Part shown: piece by piece, positions 52,101 to 64,000 of the stretch
Position numbering within the stretch: the stretch's first letter is position 1
Layout of the letters: each line of letters begins with the position of its first letter
Assembly (NCBI RefSeq): GCF_001949145.1
Contig: NW_019091361.1
Span: forward strand, 2,589,825-2,653,824
Direction: 5' to 3'
Length of the DNA stretch: 64,000 bases
From: Acanthaster planci
Lineage: Eukaryota
Position numbers and translations under genes: made by a program
Notes under the pieces: model-generated
The model's database searches: none
Seen by the model: only the letters and a program-made list of their open reading frames with translations
What the model was told of the DNA's origin: nothing

Positions 52101-55100
52101 TCATGTATGCTATTTTTCTCTTTATTCATAAATATATTGTTAGTGGGTGGCCTCGGCAGAAGTCTTCAATTCATATGCCCATGTACCCACCATAACTACA
52201 TGTATTATTATCTGATTACACATCATACAATACCTTAAGCATGGCTCCATTCTGGAAGATGTGTTGCTCATCACACACGACACAGAATTCGCTGAGTGTG
52301 GGTATTCGGTTCCTCAGGTAGGTGTAGAGTTGGACTAGGAAGCCATGCTCCAGGCTCGGTATCACCTTGGCGTTCTTGCCGTTCTGAAACCATATGGAAG
52401 TCATTGAACGGTTGGCTCAGTTCCCATTGGTGTTTCAAAGAGGCGACAAACTTTATGAACATTTGCCCTAGAGTGTCTCAACTGTTACCAAAATTTCTCT
52501 GCCAATATTGCTCTGCACTGAACCTTACAAAATTACAGGTCTTGAAACAGTGCCTACAATTAAAAAGGCACAAAACAGAAAGTCAACACTAGGCAATCTG
52601 TCTTTGAGGTTACAAGAAGAGCTGTGCTTTACTTACAAACTCCATGGCTAACTGGCAATGAAGTGCACTGTGATTACATGACAGTGGCGTCCAATAGGGA
52701 CAATATCATACGTCACTATTCCACAGAGGCCAGGCACAGCCATTGACCATCCACGACAGACCACGGCCCTGACCGCCAGGGACGAGAAAATTATTCTGAT
52801 CCATTTGTGCGTCTGTCCCTTATGGCGAAGTAAAACATGCACGTCCTCACACACGCACATCCTCACACATGCACGTCCTCACACATGCATGGCACCGCCC
52901 AACAGGTACATCATGATCTAAAACTGTTTAACACAGATGAGGAGGCGCTCAATGCGCAAGTATTTCACGGGGATTTTGACACTCGGGAGGATTTGCGATG
53001 CCAACTTACCTGTGTAGCTGCAGGAATCAGGTGAAGATCGTCGGTTCCAGTGGGAGTAACTGTCTGGCCGTTGACTGATGAACTCCTCTGCCATGGGAAC
53101 AGCCGCTTGCTGGTTTTTTTCTGGTTACTCTGGTCGGCTGATGCACTGCAGCCACTACAAAAGAGTCAAAAACTTGGTGGAACTAATTCAATTAACCCCA
53201 CAAACAAATGATACCAAAGCTGATTTGACACAATTTAAACCTTTTTAACAAACAAACGATAACATTCCAACAGCTGTATACAAATGTCAAAATTCAACTA
53301 CAGAACACACTTGCCAAAATGACTGTGCAAGTATCAATGTAATTTCCTTTTTCTAGCCCAATATTTTATGTTCATGTATGTGTTCTTTTACCAATAAAAG
53401 TAAAGATGGATAGATTTTTAGCTTAACATGTGAAGTTACATGAGTACTTATGCTTTTGCAAGACATGGGAATGAGGCTGCCGAGTGTTCAGTGAGAAGGA
53501 TATTATATGTATGTGTGGGGACCAAGTGAAACCGTGAAGAAATGATAATAGACGCAAATGACCTTTGGGACTGACTAAACTTGAAGTACAAGACAACTTT
53601 ACAGAGTGGACAGTATGTTGGTGGTGGGATGTCTGACACTGAGGCACAATTTTAAAGAGAACTAGAGAACTCACTGTCTAGTTGGGAAATATTCAATTCA
53701 CATTTACATGAACTGTCCTGTGATGACTTGAAAAAAGTATATTCATGTAGAAAAAGCTTTCAGAATTTTGTTCATTCTTAGGTTGCTTAAAAATATTTGC
53801 CAAACTATCTTTGCCCTTCAACTAAAAAGGCCTCAGGCCAAGATAAGCAACTAAAAAGGCTTCATATTGTCAAATTAAATAAAGTAATAAAAGTAACAAA
53901 ACTAAATCTTCAACATATTTTCCAACTCGTTAGTATGCACTTTTCAATCATTTTTTTCAGCAAAGAAATGTCAACAGGTGGATCTAATGAAACACAAGAG
54001 AGTTTTTTTAAGCAAGTTTCTTCTACCTTGCCCATGACCAAGTAATGACATGGGGCTTCAGAGGAGAAAACTTTGCAGGCGTGTTGCAGCTGGACTCGAA
54101 CCCAGGACCACCCGCTCAACAGTCCCCCGGACAAGAGAGCGGGAGGACGCAGATTGAAGTCCAACTGAGCACATCTGAGTTTCCTCTTCGACCCTCTGAA
54201 AGCATGAGGCATACGACATCACAACCAACTGAAGACTGACAAAGAGGGACAAAATCCAGATAAACATTTGGAACTGTTCTACCATCGGTGGAAAGAAGAC
54301 AGAGTGATGGTATTTGCTTCACAAGACTCGAACAAACACACAGGCATGTGTAGGTTTCCGAGCACTCACAGTTCTGGCTGGTTGACAAGCAGATAAGCTG
54401 CCTCTTCCACAAGCCCCTGCGACATTTTGAGTGCACTGCGTGCATCGTCAATGCCAAATCCTAAGTCTACGAGCTTTGCCAAGGACCGGTCTTCTACTGA
54501 GCATTTCCTACAGACAAATGAAGGGGAAATAAGTGTACAGGGCATGCTTCGGGATCCTCAGTGGTTGTGCTTGATAGAGATTCGGGGGAGGAGACATTCC
54601 GTAACCATTACCTGGGACAGAGGACTTGTTTTTAAAAGTGCAAAATGTTACCACTGTTTTTCCTGATTACTGAAATGCTGGGGCTTTTTGATCTGCTCAA
54701 AATACATCTATGATACACTTGTACAGAGGTCACAATGACCACACACTGTTGGTATCTTTTGAGTTTACGTTCTCTTGGCACTTGGGGATGCAAAAGTTGA
54801 TGCAATTCTTGAACGGCCTAAGCACACTGGTTTGCATGAGATACTCCAAAGATTTAAAGTCGTGAAGGACAAGAATGTTTTAAGTAGGTAACTGGAGTGA
54901 GATAGAGTCAGAGAGATAGTACAGAGTAGGATTTCTTGCCCCAAAACCAGGAGAATTCTGAAATCTACTTGTAGCTTATCAAATTTGCTAGATCCTTCAA
55001 AATCCATTTGCGGGTTTTGCAGGGATTTTGCAGGATTCAGGAAGGCAGAGCTCCTATTAATTTCAACGTGGGATGATTCATGTTGAAAGTGACAAAAGAT

Positions 55101-58100
55101 TGTACCTCATATGGGGTTCCCGAACAGGGGTGGATTTGGGAAGATCGTGGTGGTTAGGATCAGGTCATACAAGCCTAGTGGAGTAGAGCCAGTGAATTTG
55201 AGGTGAATCATACATGTAGCTCAATGGGTTAATCCGAGCACAGACTCCCTAGGCAATCGTGACCCCTTGGGTTATTGAGTGGAAGCATTTTGCCGGCTAG
55301 GTTTCAGAAAAACCATCGAGGGGCAGAGTTTTTGGAACTAGCTTCTGTCACTTCTGGGGATTTCTGAGCGAAAGCTAAATTGCAATTTTGCATTTGGACT
55401 GGTCAGTACGAATGTAAGTACTTGGGTTATTATTATCAAATATGTTGCAGTCATGAGGGTATAAGGGGAAATCCTTTGAACAACTGGGAACCAGCAAATA
55501 AAACGAAGTGACAGGGCAGGTGCGCAGTCAAAACAGAAAACATCAAGTTTGTGCAGTGTTAAGTGTATGTGAATACACCCTCAGAGCAAAAGCTGAAACT
55601 AAGGGTCAATAGCGCTGTTGGAGGAGCAGTTATGACAGTTAGTCAAACCAAAAGTACTGAATATGTGATTTGTGGAATATCCCGAGCAATCCCTGGTTTC
55701 AGTATTTTTGATCAGATCAATGAAATCTCTATTATCAGTTGAACTTGATCAGAAGTGTAAATGCATGGTCCAGAAAAAAAAACCACCAACTCAATAAAAT
55801 ATAAAAAAACCAACTCAATAGGAATGCTGATCTTCAATCTTCTAGGTGCCAGGATGGTCTCCAGGCTTAAGGTTAGTTGGATGTGCATCACCCCAGAACC
55901 ACAGAGGATGGGAACTAGACATGCATGGTCATTGGTGATAATGCCAATGATAATGATACTGTACAAAGTCAAGCCTACCTAGAGGGTGATTTGCTGGGTG
56001 AGGGGGCTGCCGTCTTAAGCTGGGATTGCACTTTCTCATTGCTGACATTCTTCCACTGCTGAAGCAGCACGGTCTCCGCAATCCTGTACGTGGACACACG
56101 ACACGTCATGCACTCAGTGGATGATGAGAACAACGTAAATGGGAAGCATCGGAGTGCAAGTGATCACGGTACTGCCACTTTGTGTCCCTCAACAAGACAT
56201 TTTGCAGCAATCAAGAACAAATGGGCACTTGCTTGCGTATTATCATTGGAGTGTGATTTGAGTACATTGTATGCTCCGATTAGTTACTTCTGAGCTGTCT
56301 ACCTCCCGAAACAGTCATTGGTACTGAACGTGGAAAAAACAACTGCTGTCGGGTGATGACAGTACCTCCGTGACTCTCTGCGTCATCTGCCTACTCTCAC
56401 AGGCCAATTTCATAGACAAGGTTTCAGAAATTTGAAAAGCAAATACATGTATCTGCTCAACGAAGATTGGTCACCAGGCAAATTGTCACAAAATCAGTTT
56501 CTTCTATGACTGTTTCCCCACTAAATTTTTTGCTCAGCATGAAATTGTGTAATTGTGCAACCTCCACGCGTTTGCAAAGCGTTGGCCAATCACAATGCAC
56601 GAAATCTGTCGACCCGATGTACGTTTCGGAAAGTGTCAACAGATTTCGCACATTGTGACTGGCCAATGCATTGCAAACTTTTGGAGGTGCACTCTTGTGA
56701 ATCGTCTGCATTATGTCACTCACTTTCTGAGTTGACTACATATGCCGGAGTGACCGGACTTTGAAGGCTGAAACACTTCGACCTTGGGAACGTCTGCAGA
56801 AAAAAAAAGGGAAAGTGACACATGCATAATTACTGGCACCTCCACAAGTAACCGTGTATCATGTATATAGTTAAAGATTCCTGTCTGTTTTATATTCATT
56901 CACATAAATAATGTTAAAACCGCATTCAACTCCTCAGTGTATTAACAAAAAAAAACAGAAAAGGGAAGTGATGAGAAAAAAACACCGAAGCAAAACTGAT
57001 CTCAACAAGAGCAAGCAAAAGCTTTTTCAACAGTCCAAAGGTGTCTTGGTCAAGGATCGTACTTGCGTCTAAGTACTTGGTGAGTGAGCAGTGAAGTCTG
57101 ACTACAATTGGTTCGCTCCGGCTGATGCACCACGCCTTGCTAATTTCCTCCTGAAAATGAACCATTAAAACTGTCCAAATGAACTATCCGAAGCTGTACA
57201 AATGGAGTATACTCACATACACATTGTGAACATTGTACATGTATTTAAATCTTCATTAGGTAAGTCAGAAATGGTTTCCATACTCATCCCTTGAAAAGTT
57301 ATTTCATTCAACATTTGGGGAGCAAAACAAATTGAAATCCCCACCATTGGACAAATTAAAGCAGGATTTCCTATTTTTAAATATTTGTAACTTGAATACG
57401 CATGGACATATTAAATCTTGTGCTGTAGATAAAAAGATAATTATGCATTATTTGAAGGCTAATAATTTGGCATAAAATTAAATCCATTGGCACAAATACA
57501 CTTCACATTTGTACTGACAAATACACACAATATACCCAAGAAACATTCAATCATAGACCCACTAAATACATTCTGAAAGCCAAAAAACACTCAACTACCG
57601 ATTGAGAACTAACACTTGTCTGGTCTACATTCAAACCAGTTCAAGGAAAATACGACAAAGGACTGAAAAGGGATCCTGAAATGCTTCATTGTAAAGGAGA
57701 TGAAGCATGTCTGTTTGTCCTTCAACCCACAATGCAATGTTAAGAGTGACCTTGTATGTGCCCTCACACTAGCATGACCTCTTTTTTTACTTAAGTTGAG
57801 GCGATGCACAGTAGAGATGGTTCAATATGTTTGCACTAACAACCAATATTCTCTCTCTACTGTGGATGTGTATTGTGTTAAGACACCAGGTGAAAGGCTG
57901 GCATTGAGTTGGTACGGGAGAGCCAAAGGTTAAACATGTTGACTACCGCCTTGTTATTGGAAAGACAATTCAACACGCACATTTTCAAAGGAACGACTAT
58001 GCATTTTTGACTGCAAAAAGCAGCTAATTACCAAACGTGTAAATTCATAAGCAAGTGGCATATGAGAAAAGCAATGATCTTCATTTTTGTATGTTATTTG

Positions 58101-59172
58101 AAACGATATCCATTGTTGCAGTTTATATTACTGTCTTGATACGGAAAAGTTCAGCATGGTTTTGGCTTTGCCTCCAAACCATGCAAACTGTGAAGTATTT
58201 ACGGGCATCAAAATAACTGCTCCATTTAAAAGACTCTAATTTTTGGTGTCATTGCTATCTTTCAACCAGACGACAGAGACCAAAATCTTCTGTTATTTGA
58301 ATCAATATCCATTGTTACTGTTTACATTATTTTTTCTGAACTCCCACATACAAGGTACATGCGTATCCTCTTTGAAAGCTCAGTTGTTTGGCTTTTGCTT
58401 CTCAACTCTGAAATAATCATGGGTATTAAAGTGATTCCTCAAATTAAAAGACACTCATTGCCATCTTTTTCTGAGGAGACGGGGATGGAAATTATGTCAA
58501 TTCAACAAGGAAACATTGAGAGAAGGCAGGAAACAAGTAAGTTTGTTACAAACCTCGAGAAACGACACATCAATATTCAGCTCCACATCTATATCCCTCA
58601 GCTCTGTGAATACTCTGGGGCCAAAAAATGTGAGAAGAAAAATAGAGCTTAAAAAATTCCAGGCTTTCGAGTGAATTAAATTGTACAGAATCAAAAATAT
58701 GCATATCAAGAAAATGTAGCATTGTAAGAAAGCACCAGGCATGTATGTTGTACAGAGGTACAAGTTTATTATTTAAAATTAGGGCTGCAATGGACAAATC
58801 TGTTACCTAGAATCCCTGTAAACCAATTCAGAGAGTAAAATTTCCACTCACCAATTGGATTGCAGAATTCATTAGCCAATCACAGTGTGTCTCAACATTT
58901 GCCAATCACACTGCTCAGACTCAACCAATAAGACCAACGATTTCCCCCATAGATTACCGATACATTGTAAATTAAACCGTCCACAATCAATAAACCAATC
59001 ATCGCACTGCCAAGCCTTCACAGTCCAATCATACTGGTCTGATTCCATGAACCAGTCAGACTGCTTACCTGCCATTGATGGCATCAGGTCCGAAGTGCTT
59101 CCTGACTTGTTCCATATCATGCAACAACAGTGGATGAGTACTGCTGTCTGGCTCATCATCTTCACAGTAGTA
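46191..59172 (-). CDS. PARP6: PARP6/PARP8-family mono-ADP-ribosyltransferase with a UBA-like insert; first coding exon not found in the window
   Basis: Minus-strand exons: 59069-59172, 58554-58614, 57063-57150, 56724-56793, 55979-56083, 54370-54507 (UBA-like), 53010-53154, 52234-52383 (RIPTLSEFCVVCDEQH), 51646-51864, 51266-51402, 50480-50528 (IISSNRSHIVKLP), 49891-50003, 49460-49532 (HGSHIENWHSIL), 48287-48433 (YGKGIYLSP), 47872-47938 (CIALCE), 47193-47277 (HGHVWVC...CTRFFFV), 46191-46290 ending in TAA. Total 1851 nt, phases consistent. Probably co-orthologous to vertebrate PARP6 and PARP8. Confidence 0.92.
46916..47163 (+). mobile_element. tRNA-derived SINE in the last PARP intron
   Basis: A-box-like tggcgtagtg, B-box-like gggttcaaatt, core cacatgtggattgggttttcagtccctac...gggttttccc...ccagggttcccccc, and an AT-rich tail ...gcgcaagtgaatg...aataatgata. 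Confidence 0.65.
48015..48032 (-). other. Candidate 18-nt in-frame microexon (ESPKVK) of the PARP gene
   Basis: Minus strand ctttgag|GAAAGTCCAAAGGTCAAG|gtacgt within a phase-0 intron, preceded by about 55 nt without AG. Confidence 0.5.
52836..52890. repeat. 16-bp tandem repeat (catgcacgtcctcaca, about 3.5 units)
   Basis: Directly visible. Confidence 0.85.
56555..56692. mobile_element. Hairpin MITE, copy 2, inverted relative to copy 1
   Basis: Arms tttgcaaagcgttggccaatcacaatg / cattgtgactggccaatgcattgcaaa. The spacer is the reverse complement of the 40874 copy's spacer. Confidence 0.85.
58075..58480. repeat. Old tandem duplication of about 200 bp
   Basis: atatccattgtt..gttta.atta, tttggcttt, aact.tgaa and t.aaaagac segments recur about 200 bp apart. 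Confidence 0.55.
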
Positions 59173-61986
59173 CTGTGAGAAGCAGACAATAGGTTGATCT
59201 ATCAAGTATCCTGTTCGGTTTTTTTTTGGGGGGGGGGGAGGTTTCTTGTTTGTTGCTTTCCATTCGATTACCTGAAACCTTCTCTAAAACTACCTTTACC
59301 AAAACACGAGACAACTTTTCTTTCCTCAGCTTTCATGGGTGAAGCTGGAGGGGGGGGATGGGTGTTCAAACAAAACCTCCCTCTCCAAGCTCCACTTCAA
59401 GGACTGCTTTGGGGAAATTTTAATCACACTCTGCTAGACAGAATTGCTGACCATGGTGACTATATGGATGGTCTCTTGTACTTTTCCCTATTTACGACTG
59501 CATGAAGTCGTAAGTGTCTTCCTGTCATGCCACAGACGCCCACCACTCTGATCTAACAAGGATGCATAACCCTTTGGCAAGTTCAACTAGGACCTCCGTC
59601 AACCTCCTCTCTCTCCCTCAACCTCCTCCCCAGGGCTGGCTTTGCCCCAAGTTTCTGATAAAATGAAATTAACGTCATCTAGCAATGCTTATAAATTACC
59701 CTACACCCCCATGAATACCTGCCAAAGTATAACACCTGCAGCGTAATTACCATAAAACCATGTGCCTCGGTAAATTACATGTACATGTACAAATGTACAT
59801 ACAGCATACACGAAAAACAACCTTGCACGTTAATGTTTGTGCTTACTAACAAACATAATATTTTATTTTGGAAAACTTACAGGTAGTCTGTTATACGAAT
59901 ACATTGTTATGATTGGTTGATATTTACATTCAGTGTGCTTCAAAATATCGCTCATAAATGTGTACTATTATGTTCATTAATATGCAAATAATTTGTATAA
60001 TCATGGCATCTCTTTCCAGCACATTTTCGAAAGTTTGCATTGAGACAAAAAAATGAGTACTTTTTTCATTTCGGAAGGTGATAGATTGTTTAGTTGAATC
60101 AACGACATATACATGTACATTTCCTTTCTGTACTTTCTTTACACGTATTTGTTTTATTTATACAGGATGATCCCAGCTGATAATGTAATATTTTATTTCA
60201 TTTCCAGTCTTGAAGTCACACCATCAAATGATAACTGTACTGGCAGAACTTGGACAGAACAGCAAATTAACAGAAAGTCTTAAAGTAAAATGTATCTTTA
60301 TTTAAAACATAATTGTTCATTCTTCATGGTGTTTCAATACATGGTTTATAGTCTGAAAGCTGGTAAACAGGCTGAACATTTTCTGAAAACTGCCTGAACA
60401 TTTCCTCAGACCTGCATGGGAAATTTGTGAACCAGTGTACATGTACATGTACCTGTGGTGACATGTACCTGTGGTGACATGCACCTGTAACAAGTACCCA
60501 AACTTTCTCTTTCCACCCATTTCCTCTTTCTTTCTAATAAAACTTAGTTTCCCCAGCAGTTTCTCTGCTTCCAAACGGACGTCCCTGCATGAGAGCAATA
60601 TACAGTATAAACATATTTTTCACTGTAGTTTGCCCAAACTCAGGAAACTGCAATCTGTTTTACCGGGAATGCTAGTCATTAATGCACAGATGTTATGCAC
60701 CTGTGCGTGCATCGTCAGGGGTCTCCAAGGGAAATGTGCACCTTTAGGACTCATGCAACTTCAACAAAGCAATTCAATCTACTTTACCCATCTCCCTGAA
60801 CAATTATTCTCATCACACAAGCAACCTTCGTCCATGAGAAATTCGGCCCAGTGATTGCTAATGCAAGGCTGCAGATTTACATGTTATGTACCTGAGCATG
60901 AGCCTTTGTGCACCTTGTCTACGTGAACAGAAAATCCAGCATTCACAAGTGAACGAGACCTTAGGGCTGACATTTTTCTAAGACTCAAGGATGTAGCTTT
61001 CGTATATGCAGGTCTTGGGAAAATCACTCTAATAGTTTCAGTAAAAGCATTGGGATTTTCACTCCTAAAAAATAAAAAGGATGAAAAATATACACAATGC
61101 CATGCACACATGTATGTGGGCATTGTTCAAAAGGAAATGCAACTGACAAGACTGGTCATATGCATGTATAATCTGTGCATACAACCTGTCCACACATGCC
61201 ACCCTTCGAATGAACATGCTGAATGTTCTACAAACAATCAAATGACACTTCTAGTTGCAACAGAGCTTTGCAGGTTGATGCGTTGTGGTACACTCTCCTT
61301 GAACATGTACATGTATCTTTTAAGCTCCTAACAGACATGTTCCTGTGCTTTCATAAAGTAAAGAGAAAGCAGCTACCGAACAGCATCATTTCTAGGTCAG
61401 GTAATATCGGTGCATGTTGTGAATGTACTTTTGTGGGGGGGTGGGTCCCCCCCACACACTTTGACCAGGAGAGTGAGCCGTGGTATCATCCTTCCATTTT
61501 TACAACTGACAAAAAAATCTTGCATGCATGTACAATGTGTATAACAAGATGAGAAAACAGAATAAAGGAGAAGAAACAGACTACATGTAAAGCCAACTGA
61601 AATGTGAATCTCACATAAAATTCTCACTAGAACTTCTATAGAGAGGGTTGAAAACAGGCTATGCAAATGAATATTTTACGAACATTAATAATAATGTTGT
61701 GTACTTAGCACCATCCTTGTATTCAAAATATTCTGACCATTCCACACCCCAGCCCTCAGTTTGAAATCTGTGCCCTCGAGACCTTGTACATGCACCATAG
61801 CTAATGGCAAAAATGATTCTACAATAGTCTCACTGGTAAAAAGTATCCTACTATAAGCATGTTGGTAAAAATGACCCTATGATGAGTCCACTGGTAAAAC
61901 ACAAATATATGAGTAAAACGATTGCGGTTACACCATGGATAAATCTCTTTCTTGAGTATGTGTGGTTCTGAGAAGAACCGGGGAAT

Positions 61987-62031
61987 AGCTCGACGTTTCG
62001 AACAGTGTACTCTGTCCGTCTTCAGGAGACT
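61987..62031 (-). ncRNA. Minimal type I hammerhead ribozyme motif (PLE type)
   Basis: Minus strand agtctc-CUGAAGA-CGGACAG(AGUACA)CUGUUC-GAAA-C-GUC-gagct. Conserved core, a 6-7 bp stem II, a GUC cleavage triplet, stem I ctc/gag (extendable with one bulge) and a palindromic ACGU stem III. Confidence 0.65.
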
Positions 62032-62244
62032 GCAGGAAACTGACTGGGAGTGGAGCTTATATGGTGTAGAGAGGGATCCAGGTGTAGGGATTAGCTTGAT
62101 GAAGCACCAAGGTCAAGTCGTACGAACCCTTAGAAAACACTTCTCTTCACTTCACTGTTCCCGCCTCAACGCTTCACCGAGCTAATCCCTACACCTGGAT
62201 CCCTCTCTACACCATATAAGCTCCACTCCCAGTCAGAATCCTGC

Positions 62245-62289
62245 AGTCTCCTGAAGACGGACAGAGTACATTGTTCGAAACATCGAGCT
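62245..62289 (+). ncRNA. Second hammerhead motif copy with a mutated stem III/cleavage region (GAAACAUC)
   Basis: ctc-CTGAAGA-cggacagagtacattgttc-GAAA-catc-gag. The G>A change breaks the ACGT palindrome. Confidence 0.45.
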
Positions 62290-64000
62290 ATTCCCCGGTT
62301 CTTCTCAGAACCACACATATTCAAGAAAGAGATTTATCCATGGCGTAACTGCAATCGTTTTACTCATATACATGTAGTTCTTTCACCATGAAAACCTTCA
62401 AGTCTTAAAACACAAATACACGTACTGCAACATTGGTAAAAACATACATTGTGCCAATGCTACATGTACAATGATCCCTGCTGGTGAAAATTATCCTGTG
62501 ATAGGCCTATTGGTAAAACATACATGTAAATGCTACAGTGACCCTCACTGGTGAAAATGATCATACCACGAGCCTATTAGTAAATAATGATCCTGCAATG
62601 ACTTCACTACTGGTAAATTTATACATCTACAATGTATGTATGGCAAACCTATTGGTAAAAATGTTTCTATGAAGAGCTTTTGGTAAAAATAATCATACAT
62701 GTACCGGTACATGTATGTTGAGCGTATTCTATTAAAATATGCATGAATGACCCCATGATGTACATGTACCCACTGGTAAGTATCACCCCATGATGAGCTT
62801 ATAATCAAGTCTATATATCATTTCAGATCCAGTGCACCTGTACTTGTATAATTTGGCTTGACTTTTCTTAGAATGTACGGTAAATCAACTTCCTCTTTTT
62901 TCTGTACATGCACACACGTACATCTGGTGATGCTAGGCTTTGTCTGATATAATCACATCATATTCAAGTATTTTGCGAGGGTTTCCTGCCGTACACATTT
63001 CAATCAACTTCACATTGTTACACGTTTACCTGTTGATGCTTCATGTACTGTATATATTTAGGTGGGGGCCACTTTATGTACAGGGTACTGGTACCTCTCA
63101 AAAACAGCGACATTTCAACACCATACAATCGTGTGTCCTGGAGATAATTTCTGCAGGCTTTAATTAGGCGCCGCCCACATTTTGGCCTTAGCTTCATTTA
63201 TTAAAACAGGCATAGGTAAGCCACATGTAAGACCCATTGAAAGCACCTGTATGGGTGTGTATGCACGTGTGTGTAATAGATATGCACTTGATAGAAGCAA
63301 TACAAGATTGCTACAAAAGCGCTCCTTTCAAAGAACTGCATACATTGAAGATATTTCTGGTTGATTAAAGAGGAGACCATTTTCTTTCTTTTTTTCTTCT
63401 ACTGAGTTAACAATGTGAGTTTAATATCATCTTTTTAAAAAAAAAGTCAAAACCTGAAATCACACCCATCAACTCTCTTCTTTTTTATACTGGTCAAACA
63501 CAAATTCGGAATAAATAAATGTGCCTGGCCATAATCATTCCACCCAAAAGGTACAACAAACCCTTCAAATTACAGACTCCTATTTCCTCATTTCTTTCCA
63601 GAGCATGGATATACGTTGCCTAGGGCACTGTGAGCTTTGGGATATTAGAGGTACTGTACATTACATGTTCCTTTGAGGCGACAAATTACTCAAAATCTAA
63701 AAAATGGTACCGAAGGCTGAATTTTCAGCATAGTGCAAACTGTATACTTCTAGGAAAACAATATTCTAGGGATTTCGATTTCAGATCAGAAGTTTGCTGA
63801 GTCAAGTTTCAAATTGTGCCTGAATTCAGTGTCTGGTACACTTTCTCACATTCAGTCAAATGCAGCTACGTGGGTCACACACGGACTCGAATAATAAAGT
63901 AACTGCACACGAGTGGGTTGTGTCATTGCTTGTGCACGCTTCTAATGCCAGTTTTTCAAAACTGCGTCTTCAGACGCTTTGTTGGAAATGGCCTTCGTTC

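Larger units (their letters stand above)
61906..62370. mobile_element. Penelope-like non-autonomous element: 200-bp inverted arms with a 65-nt spacer
   Basis: Arms 61906-62105 and 62171-62370 are near-perfect reverse complements. Each carries the CTGAAGA-hairpin-GAAAC motif typical of Penelope-like pseudo-LTRs. Confidence 0.85.
61830..62810. repeat. Degenerate ~30-bp minisatellite (ctggtaaaa/ttggtaaaa core) interrupted by the Penelope-like element
   Basis: Recurrent (c/t)tggt(a/g)aaa units at 61833-61900 and 62430-62790. Confidence 0.55.

Noticed and set aside
54112..54195. Possible 84-nt phase 2-2 cassette exon after the UBA exon
   Set aside because: The acceptor is plausible, but the donor (gtggtc) is weak and the peptide has no recognisable similarity.
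57061..57068. Possible second GC donor (GAC|gcaagt) in the PARP gene
   Set aside because: The next exon requires phase 1, which the GT donor 4 nt downstream (GCAA|gtacga) satisfies.
59173..64000. Search for the first coding exon of the PARP gene
   Set aside because: No convincing ATG-containing exon with a phase-0 donor was found; it probably lies beyond the window end.

Overview
Intron-rich animal genomic DNA. The repeat content suggests a marine invertebrate, possibly an echinoderm such as a sea star, but that is an impression only. Five spliced protein-coding genes can be rebuilt by hand with consistent exon phases: the 3' part of a GRAM-domain/TM protein (GRAMD2-like, +, 62-3434), LRRC28 (-, 6726-12662), translation elongation factor EEF2 (+, 18285-29799, 14 exons, 840 aa, one GC-AG intron), U3 snoRNP protein MPP10 (+, 32215-39732, 680 aa) and a 5'-incomplete PARP6/PARP8-type mono-ADP-ribosyltransferase (-, 46191-59172) carrying a UBA-like insert. 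Introns and spacers hold many non-autonomous elements: MITEs, a foldback-like element, SINE and L2/CR1 remnants. The most interesting signals are (1) a 465-bp Penelope-like inverted repeat (61906-62370) whose arms carry a minimal hammerhead-ribozyme core, intact only on the PARP sense strand; (2) a candidate 18-nt in-frame microexon in the PARP catalytic domain; (3) a 15-bp tandem repeat that duplicates an LRRC28 splice donor in frame; (4) a 90-bp spacerless palindrome. All assignments come from manual reading; no database searches were run.
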